A DNA stretch of 64,000 nucleotides from IMG/VR virus record IMGVR_UViG_3300002488_000005, positions 1-64,000 of that record. One strand, written 5' to 3'. Made by a program: the position numbers and the translations under genes. Origin of the DNA: an uncultured virus (IMG/VR IMGVR_UViG_3300002488_000005). Taxonomy: Duplodnaviria; Heunggongvirae; Uroviricota; Caudoviricetes. How positions within the stretch are numbered: the first letter of the stretch is position 1; each line of letters opens with the position of its first letter. Below the pieces are notes generated by a model, which saw only the letters and a program-made list of their open reading frames with translations, ran no database searches and had not been told where the DNA came from. This document shows, piece by piece, positions 57,841 to 64,000 of the stretch.

Positions 57841-57868
57841 TTGACAAATTTTTCTAATAGGTTATATT
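57841..57868 (+). promoter_or_regulatory. sigma70-type promoter
   Basis: TTGACA, 16 bp, TATATT, followed by GGAGG and the ATG at 57891. Confidence 0.65.
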
Positions 57869-57890
57869 GATATTAACATCGGAGGTCAAT

Positions 57891-58808
57891 ATGACAATAA
57901 ACTTAGGATATGCATGTATCAACATGACATTACAAAAACAAAAGATCTGCTCTAATCGTGGCATGATCAAGCGCACTTTTAAATCTAAAGGTGTCGCATA
58001 CGCATCAGAGCTAGCACTTATAAACGTGAAGGCTCTCAAAAAGATTATCGAGTGGAATAACACAAACGGCATCAAAGTCTATCGCATGACATCATGCCTG
58101 TTCCCTTGGTTCTCAGAATATGATATTTTTACTTTGCCAGACATTGATGCTATTGCTGATATTTTGTCCGAAGCTGGTGAAATTGCAATGTCTGGCGGTC
58201 AACGTTTATCATTTCACCCCGGTCCCTTCAATTGTCTCGCATCTCCAAGCGACGATGTGGTTCGCAAAACTATCGCAGAACTTGACGCACACTCGACGCA
58301 AATGGATCTTATGGGTTTGCCGGAATCTCCCCAAGCTAAAATCAACATTCATGTCGGTGGTTCATATGGTGAACACGACAAAGCTCTTGCTAGATTCTGT
58401 AACAACTTTGCAAGACTGGCTCCAAACACACAAGCCAGACTCACTGTTGAGAACGATGATCGAGCCTCTCTGTATTCTACTAAAATGCTATACGACGGTG
58501 TGTTTTCTAAAGTTGGTGTTCCAATAGTTTTCGACTCACATCATCATGAACTTGGTCCCCAAGATCTAGATTATCACGATGCGTTTTATCTTGCACGATC
58601 AACGTGGGACAAGATTGGTGTTAAGCAGATTTGTCATCATTCAAACTCTAAGAAAAAGTATGAGGACGAGTCAGTCAGAGCTAGTGCACATTCGGATTGG
58701 TACTATACGCCATTCGAAAACTACAAACAACCAGTCGATGTTGTGCTTGAGTGCAAGATGAAAGAGCAAGCGTTACTAAAATACAAAAAAGATTTTACAT
58801 GCGTGTAG
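57891..58808 (+). CDS. uvsE: UV-damage endonuclease (UvsE/UvdE)
   Basis: LGYACIN, YRMTS.LFP, RLSFHPGPF, INIHVGG, RLTVENDD, FDSHHH, HSD, LECKMKE. Confidence 0.93.
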   Translation: MTINLGYACINMTLQKQKICSNRGMIKRTFKSKGVAYASELALINVKALKKIIEWNNTNGIKVYRMTSCLFPWFSEYDIFTLPDIDAIADILSEAGEIAMSGGQRLSFHPGPFNCLASPSDDVVRKTIAELDAHSTQMDLMGLPESPQAKINIHVGGSYGEHDKALARFCNNFARLAPNTQARLTVENDDRASLYSTKMLYDGVFSKVGVPIVFDSHHHELGPQDLDYHDAFYLARSTWDKIGVKQICHHSNSKKKYEDESVRASAHSDWYYTPFENYKQPVDVVLECKMKEQALLKYKKDFTCV

Positions 58809-58978
58809 GCGATCTTGTTGTTTGGAAGCCTGACCTGCCCTTTCAATTCTCTAGAGATTATGGAATTGTCATTGAGGTTATTGATGGCTTTTTGGTCGGT
58901 GTTTTGTGGCTCGGCTCTACCGAAGTTTATTTAGAGCCAATTAGGTATTTGGAGGTTATTTATGAAGAGGGCAATTAG
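58799..58978 (+). CDS. SH3/KOW-like microprotein, array unit 1
   Basis: MRVGDLV...YGIVIEV...VLW...LEV. Confidence 0.7.
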   Translation: MRVGDLVVWKPDLPFQFSRDYGIVIEVIDGFLVGVLWLGSTEVYLEPIRYLEVIYEEGN

Positions 58979-59174
58979 TTCCATAAAGAAAGGTGCGCTT
59001 GTAAAAAAGAAGTACAATATTGACGAGGTTTTTGGCATCACAACCTCAAATGTCGAATACCATAGTCCAATGAACAGCGGCACAGTTACCGCATATATTT
59101 GGGTTTTATGGGATGATGGTGACCACCACCTTTACAAAGTAGATATGTTGGAGGAAGTAAATGAAAGTAGGTGA
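58962..59174 (+). CDS. SH3/KOW-like microprotein, array unit 2
   Basis: IKKGALV...FGI...WVLW...LEEVNESR; GGAGG SD. Confidence 0.7.
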   Translation: MKRAISSIKKGALVKKKYNIDEVFGITTSNVEYHSPMNSGTVTAYIWVLWDDGDHHLYKVDMLEEVNESR

Positions 59175-59328
59175 TTTAGTAAGAGTAAAAAATACGCCGT
59201 GGGATGATTTAGGAATTATTTTAGAAATAAACGGCAATTTCAAGTGGGCAGAAGTGCATTGGGTAACTTCCGGGTACATCTATGCTTTTTTTGCTGAAGA
59301 CTTGGAGGTAGTAAATGGAAGTGGGTGA
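59161..59328 (+). CDS. SH3/KOW-like microprotein, array unit 3 (55 aa, absent from the ORF track)
   Basis: hand translation MKVGDLVRVKNTPWDDLGIILEINGNFKWAEVHWVTSGYIYAFFAEDLEVVNGSG; GGAGG SD. Confidence 0.8.
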   Translation: MKVGDLVRVKNTPWDDLGIILEINGNFKWAEVHWVTSGYIYAFFAEDLEVVNGSG

Positions 59329-59497
59329 TCTCGTTTGGCTCGATAGGAGACAATTTTATGAGCATGACGAGAACGTTGGTATTATTTTAGAAGTCTTACA
59401 GACTCCTGATGGCAAACTTCTTAAAGTTGCATGGGATAATAATGAGGCTTCATGGTTTCACGAAGACGAATTGGAGGTAATAAGTGAAAATAGGTGA
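59315..59497 (+). CDS. SH3/KOW-like microprotein, array unit 4
   Basis: MEVGDLV...VGIILEV...KVAW...LEVISENR. Confidence 0.8.
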   Translation: MEVGDLVWLDRRQFYEHDENVGIILEVLQTPDGKLLKVAWDNNEASWFHEDELEVISENR

Positions 59498-59660
59498 TTT
59501 GGTTAAACTTAAAACAGGAACTGAGATTTATGGCTTCATTGTTTGTATACAAGAAAATAAATGGATTGGTTCTCGATGCGCCGTTGTCTGGCTACAGGAC
59601 GGATTCCCAAAGAAATGGTATGCATTAGTCGAACTGGAGGTGTTAAATGAAAGTAGGTGA
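59484..59660 (+). CDS. SH3/KOW-like microprotein, array unit 5 (58 aa, GTG start, absent from the ORF track)
   Basis: hand translation MKIGDLVKLKTGTEIYGFIVCIQENKWIGSRCAVVWLQDGFPKKWYALVELEVLNESR. Confidence 0.78.
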   Translation: MKIGDLVKLKTGTEIYGFIVCIQENKWIGSRCAVVWLQDGFPKKWYALVELEVLNESR

Positions 59661-59832
59661 TATAGTTTACATGAGCAAATCGATGCTCGAAATGGGATAC
59701 CCAGAGATGGGAATAGTTGTGGGAATGAAAGGTAAACATTATGTTGTTGGTTTTCCAAATGGATTGGTTCAACCATTTCATCCTAACTGGGTTAGGGCCA
59801 TATCAATCGAAAGGAAGAATAATGGCAAATAA
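59647..59832 (+). CDS. SH3/KOW-like microprotein, array unit 6
   Basis: MKVGDIV...MGIVVG...YVVGF. Confidence 0.75.
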   Translation: MKVGDIVYMSKSMLEMGYPEMGIVVGMKGKHYVVGFPNGLVQPFHPNWVRAISIERKNNGK

Positions 59833-60067
59833 ATTTAAGGTAGGAGATCTTGTGAGGCATGTGCACTGGGATCTGTATGGAATAATTGTGCCAAGTGACA
59901 ATTATTATAACTGGGTAAGAGTGATGTGGACTCGTGGAGATTTGGAAAAGCCACCCCAAGGAATTACTTGGATGATGAAGGAGGAACGAGTTGGTTGGAA
60001 TTCAACACAATTCCCCGTTTGTAAAGTGGCGAAGCATTGGATCAAATTAGTACAAAAGGAGGAATAA
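59822..60067 (+). CDS. SH3/KOW-like microprotein, array unit 7
   Basis: MANKFKVGDLV...YGIIV...RVMW. Confidence 0.7.
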   Translation: MANKFKVGDLVRHVHWDLYGIIVPSDNYYNWVRVMWTRGDLEKPPQGITWMMKEERVGWNSTQFPVCKVAKHWIKLVQKEE

Positions 60068-61005
60068 TGGAAGAAAAAGTTAAAATTTTATCGGAGATCT
60101 TGGGAAGACCCAACACTCCATCGGGCGGTGAGTTGTACTACCATTGTCCTTATTGTAATCATCACAAGAAGAAGTTGGCAGTCAATCTCAAGAAAGGTTG
60201 GCACTGCTGGGTCTGCGACAAACGAGGCAAGAATGCTTATCGCATTGTCCGTAAGTTTGGAACATACCAGCAAAGACAGAAGTGGCTTGAGTTGGAAGGT
60301 CGTCTCGACCTATCAGAATTTGATCAAATCTTTAATGAATTGAATAATCTTGAAGAAGTACAGACAATCTCACTACCAGATGAATTTATATCGCTCTGTA
60401 ACAAACACCTGCCTCGCACATGCAGAAAACCTTTAGAATACTTGGAGAGCAGAGGTATAGGCAAAGATAAGATACTGAGATGGAAAATAGGTTACTGTCC
60501 CGAAGGCCAATATGGAGGCAGAATAATCATACCTTCGTTCAACAATAACGGAGACATTAATTATTTTATTGCAAGATCTTATGTTGGTCACTCATGGAGA
60601 TACCTCAATCCCCCGGCTAAAAAGGACGTTATTTTCAACGAATTGTTTGTAGACTGGGATGAGCCGATCACGTTAGTAGAAGGAGTTTTTGATGCTATAG
60701 CGGCTGGGGAAAATGCTATTCCTGTGCTTGGGTCCACCCTGCGAGACAAAACAAAATTATTTCAGGCGATAGCCCTGAATGACACGCCGGTTTACTTAGC
60801 TTTTGATCAAGACGCTGAAAAAAAGACTGGACAAATTATTAAGAACATGTTATACTATGATATAGAGTTATACAAGATAGATGTAAGTGGCTTTGAGGAC
60901 ATCGCTGAAATGCCACGAAGGGTTTTGGAAACTCGAAGGGAAATGGCGCAAGCCATTGACCATGATGATTATTTTTTAATTGACGAACTTAGGAGGATAA
61001 TGTGA
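60067..61005 (+). CDS. DNA primase (Zn finger + TOPRIM)
   Basis: CPYC...WHCWVC, YLESRGI, RIIIP, RYLNP, LVEGVFDA, FDQDA. Confidence 0.85.
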   Translation: MEEKVKILSEILGRPNTPSGGELYYHCPYCNHHKKKLAVNLKKGWHCWVCDKRGKNAYRIVRKFGTYQQRQKWLELEGRLDLSEFDQIFNELNNLEEVQTISLPDEFISLCNKHLPRTCRKPLEYLESRGIGKDKILRWKIGYCPEGQYGGRIIIPSFNNNGDINYFIARSYVGHSWRYLNPPAKKDVIFNELFVDWDEPITLVEGVFDAIAAGENAIPVLGSTLRDKTKLFQAIALNDTPVYLAFDQDAEKKTGQIIKNMLYYDIELYKIDVSGFEDIAEMPRRVLETRREMAQAIDHDDYFLIDELRRIM

Positions 61006-61199
61006 GTGAGAAAGAGAAAGAATATTTACAAAAAGATTATATTAAACTAAAAAATATATGCCGTGATCTTGTTTGGATGACACACGGAACAACGGATAAA
61101 GAAGAGCATTATGACTTAGTCAAAATGACAATACCAGCAATCAGGGAAGCCCTTGAAATTATGAAGCAACTTATAGAGGAGGAACAATGTATAAGATAG
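61002..61199 (+). CDS. hypothetical protein
   Basis: 65-aa ORF with GTGA overlap and AGGAGG SD. Confidence 0.6.
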   Translation: MSEKEKEYLQKDYIKLKNICRDLVWMTHGTTDKEEHYDLVKMTIPAIREALEIMKQLIEEEQCIR

Positions 61200-64000
61200 C
61201 ACACATAGCAGACACACACATAAGAAACTTGAAGTATCACGATGAGTATAGAATCGCCTTTCGTGATCTTTATGAAAAATTAGCAAGCGACATGCCGGAC
61301 CTTATTGTCCATTGCGGTGACCTTGCACATACAAAGACGCAACTCAGTCCTGAATATTTTCAACTGTGCGCAGAGTTTCTATCGTCTTTAGCCAACATAG
61401 CGCCAACATATGTTATATTGGGTAATCACGATGGCAATCTCAAGAACGACAGTAGGCAAGATGCGATTACGCCTATTGTAAATGCACTGAACCATCCACG
61501 ATTACATTTACTAAAAGATAGTGGTGAAGTTCATATTGGCAATGATTTGGTTCTAAATGTGCTTTCAATCTTTGACCGAGACAATTGGGCCAAACCAACA
61601 AACAAAGAAAAAATTAACATTGCCTTGTATCATGGGGCAATTGCCGGTAGCCAAACCGGTGCAGAATGGACAATGGACCAAGGAGATGACGATGTTTCTA
61701 TTTTTCATGATTTTGATTTTGCGATGCTTGGAGACATCCACAGACAGCAACAGCTAGACCTTGATGGTAGAGTCTGGTACTGTGGTTCAACCACTCAGCA
61801 GAAATTTAGCGAGTCTGCTCGCAAAGGTTATCTTTTGTGGGAAATAAACTCAAAAGACAAGTTTAACGTTTCAAAAAGATTCGTAATAAATCCAAGACCN
61901 TTTATTACAATAAGNCTAACAGATAAAGGTGCGCTACCAGACACTCATGTACCTAGAAATGCAAGACTCAGAATCATCTCTAGAACCAATTTGCCGGCTG
62001 ATAAACTTAGGAAGGCAAGATCAATAGCGGAAATGAAATGGAGCCCTCATTCCGTAACAATGCTCAACGGCAAAGAATCGTCAAAAATGCATGATGAAGG
62101 CTATTATTCGAACTCTGTCTTATCTGAAAATCTAAGAGATATCAGTGTGCAAGAAAAATACATTAAGAACTATTTATCCGACATGGAGCTTGAACCTAGC
62201 GTTTTGGAAAAGGTTCTTGAGCATAACCAGAAATACAATACATTAGCAGAACAAGGGGAGGAAGTTAGTAGAAATGTTATATGGAAAATTAAAAAAGCAG
62301 AATGGGACAATTTGTTCAACTACAGTGAAAAGAATGAAATCGACTTTGCAAAACTCAACGGGCTTGTTGGCATCTTTGGCCGTAATTATTCCGGCAAGTC
62401 TAGTATTATCGACAGCATTTTATTCACGCTGTTTAATGCAACCTCGAAAGGTGAGCGAAAGAACGTACACGTCATAAACCAAAATAAGCAAAAGGCTATT
62501 GGTAAGGTAGAGATTGAGGTTGGAGATAAAACCTACAAAATCTGTAGAAATTTAGAGAAGTATACTAAAAAGTATAAAGGCAAGGAGTCTCAAGAGGCTA
62601 AAGTTGATTTAGATTTTCATCTAGTTTCTGATGATGAAAGCCTGAACGGTACAACAAGGAATGAAACTGATTCCAACATTAGAAAGCACTTTGGGAGCAT
62701 GGAGGACTTTTTGTTAACATCCATGTCTTCCCAGTTAGATTCTTTGTCTTTTGTCAAAGAAGGTTCTACGAAGCGTAAAGAAATTCTCGCTAAGTTTCTG
62801 GATTTGGAAATATTTGATAAAAAGTTCAAGTTGGCCAAAAAGGACGCTGCTGAGTTGCGTGGTGTCGTAAGAAGGCTACAGGATAAAAAGTGGGATAAAG
62901 AGATCCAAAAGAACATAGAGATCTTGGAGGAAATCAAGCACGATCTTGCTAACCAAAATACCAAATGTCAAAAAATAACATCAGAGTGCGACAGTCTTCA
63001 GGCAGAACTTGACATTCTCAATTCCAGAATTGAGAACATACCAGCAGAGCCAATTGACATTGATAAGGTTATTTTAGAAATTAGTAAGATACAGAAACGT
63101 AAGCAGCACCTCAAAGATCAAACTCAAGATTTCAATTTCAAGGTCTGGGAAATGGAAGAGCAGGTTGAATCTAAAAAGAAAGAGTTTGCGGAGATCAATA
63201 TAGGCGAATTACGTCTTAGTAGAGCATCTGCTGATGCTATCGAGCATAAAATCAAAAAGACACGTGAAGCTATATCAAACTGGATTTCGCAAGAAAAGGT
63301 AGCACTAAAAAAGATCAAGATGTTAGATAATCACGAATATGATCCCAACTGCGTGTTCTGTTGTGAAAATAAGTTCGTCAAAGATGCACATGATGCTAAA
63401 TCTTCTTTACCCGATACGTTGGAGAAAATTGCCCATCTACAGCAGCACCAAAGAGATCTACAGGACTCGCTAAATGACCTAGACGTAGAAACAGTAGATA
63501 GCCAAATTGATTTACATGTCAAACTACAGGAAGACATTCACCGCCTAAGCAGAACAATTGAGATGCACAAAATTTCTATTGAAGGCAACAAATCAAAAAT
63601 AAATCTCCTACATAAGGAATACGAAGAGTTGTGTGAAAAGAAAAACCTTTATGAAGAAAATCGAGAAGCAATTGAAAATTTAGAGACATTATCTAGAGAA
63701 AAGAATGCTTTAGAAATGGTAATTCGCAGTAAGCAAAATTCTTATAAAAAGTGCCAAGATAGAATAACTGAGATTCTTGTTGAGAAAGGGTCAACCAAGT
63801 CGACATTGGCTACGTTGCTTGAAAACCGTAAAGAACTAGAGGATGTTGAGAGAGAGTGGATCGCTTATGATTTGTTTTTGCAATGTATGCATGCAAATGG
63901 CATTCCTTACCAAATTATAAAACAAAAACTTCCTTTACTAAATGAAGAGATTGCAAAAATTCTAGAGAACATCGTTGATTTTGAAGTCTTTTTTGAGAGT
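61187..64000 (+). CDS. fused Mre11/SbcD nuclease - Rad50/SbcC ATPase (3' partial)
   Basis: hand translation: AHIADTH, CGDLAH, GNHD, LYHG, GDIH, then in frame GRNYSGKS (Walker A, 62378-62401), coiled coil and CVFC hook (63350-63361); no stop seen. Confidence 0.88.
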   Translation, partial: MYKIAHIADTHIRNLKYHDEYRIAFRDLYEKLASDMPDLIVHCGDLAHTKTQLSPEYFQLCAEFLSSLANIAPTYVILGNHDGNLKNDSRQDAITPIVNALNHPRLHLLKDSGEVHIGNDLVLNVLSIFDRDNWAKPTNKEKINIALYHGAIAGSQTGAEWTMDQGDDDVSIFHDFDFAMLGDIHRQQQLDLDGRVWYCGSTTQQKFSESARKGYLLWEINSKDKFNVSKRFVINPRXFITIXLTDKGALPDTHVPRNARLRIISRTNLPADKLRKARSIAEMKWSPHSVTMLNGKESSKMHDEGYYSNSVLSENLRDISVQEKYIKNYLSDMELEPSVLEKVLEHNQKYNTLAEQGEEVSRNVIWKIKKAEWDNLFNYSEKNEIDFAKLNGLVGIFGRNYSGKSSIIDSILFTLFNATSKGERKNVHVINQNKQKAIGKVEIEVGDKTYKICRNLEKYTKKYKGKESQEAKVDLDFHLVSDDESLNGTTRNETDSNIRKHFGSMEDFLLTSMSSQLDSLSFVKEGSTKRKEILAKFLDLEIFDKKFKLAKKDAAELRGVVRRLQDKKWDKEIQKNIEILEEIKHDLANQNTKCQKITSECDSLQAELDILNSRIENIPAEPIDIDKVILEISKIQKRKQHLKDQTQDFNFKVWEMEEQVESKKKEFAEINIGELRLSRASADAIEHKIKKTREAISNWISQEKVALKKIKMLDNHEYDPNCVFCCENKFVKDAHDAKSSLPDTLEKIAHLQQHQRDLQDSLNDLDVETVDSQIDLHVKLQEDIHRLSRTIEMHKISIEGNKSKINLLHKEYEELCEKKNLYEENREAIENLETLSREKNALEMVIRSKQNSYKKCQDRITEILVEKGSTKSTLATLLENRKELEDVEREWIAYDLFLQCMHANGIPYQIIKQKLPLLNEEIAKILENIVDFEVFFES

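Larger units (their letters stand above)
58949..59663 (+). repeat. five dispersed ~30-bp gene-junction repeats
   Basis: consensus yTGGAGGtnnTAaATGAAAGTAGGTGAT at 58949, 59148, 59302, 59471 and 59634. Confidence 0.75.

Noticed and set aside
58949..59663. Regularly spaced repeats as a CRISPR array
   Set aside because: The repeats are degenerate and non-palindromic, contain an SD and start codon, and the intervening ~125-170 nt are coding; no cas operon is present.
2954..63537. The many short minus-strand ORFs in the track
   Set aside because: All lie antisense to well-supported + strand genes and show no recognisable motifs.
1..64000. Stop-codon reassignment, as in some large phages
   Set aside because: Genes are full length and tightly packed in the standard code, and TAA, TAG and TGA all end genes.
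1..64000. Eukaryotic giant virus origin, suggested by PMM, GT15, GME and the Mre11-Rad50 fusion
   Set aside because: SD sequences, sigma70 promoters, overlapping operons, gp25/gp6 baseplate genes and an M23 peptidoglycan hydrolase indicate a bacteriophage.

Overview
This 64-kb window is a densely packed, entirely + strand segment of a large (probably jumbo) T4-like/myovirus-type bacteriophage genome read in the standard code. From left to right it holds: (i) an accessory block with a HAD-type phosphomannomutase, tRNA-Arg(UCU), HNH nuclease, cytidylyltransferase, a 1382-aa acidic repeat protein, PIN-PhoH, a zincin and a Cas4/RecB-like nuclease; (ii) an ~11.5-kb glycan biosynthesis cluster with seven glycosyltransferase-like genes, RmlB, a GDP-mannose epimerase-like enzyme, two further epimerases and a methyltransferase; (iii) a gp55-like sigma factor followed by an ~32-kb baseplate/tail module (M23 peptidase, gp25, gp6, LamG and other large proteins); (iv) RuvC-like resolvase, a modular basic protein, UvsE, a tandem array of seven paralogous SH3/KOW-like microgenes, a primase and a single-ORF Mre11(SbcD)-Rad50(SbcC) fusion running off the right edge. 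The main observations are the microgene array with conserved dual-coding junction repeats, a candidate virion-glycosylation system with a possible [ST]-[GAS]-S sequon, two promoter classes (sigma70 consensus versus a CTA[T/A]TTA motif ahead of structural genes) and putative head-packaged polyproteins with I/L-x-E sites. All family calls come from motif recognition by eye; no database searches were run.
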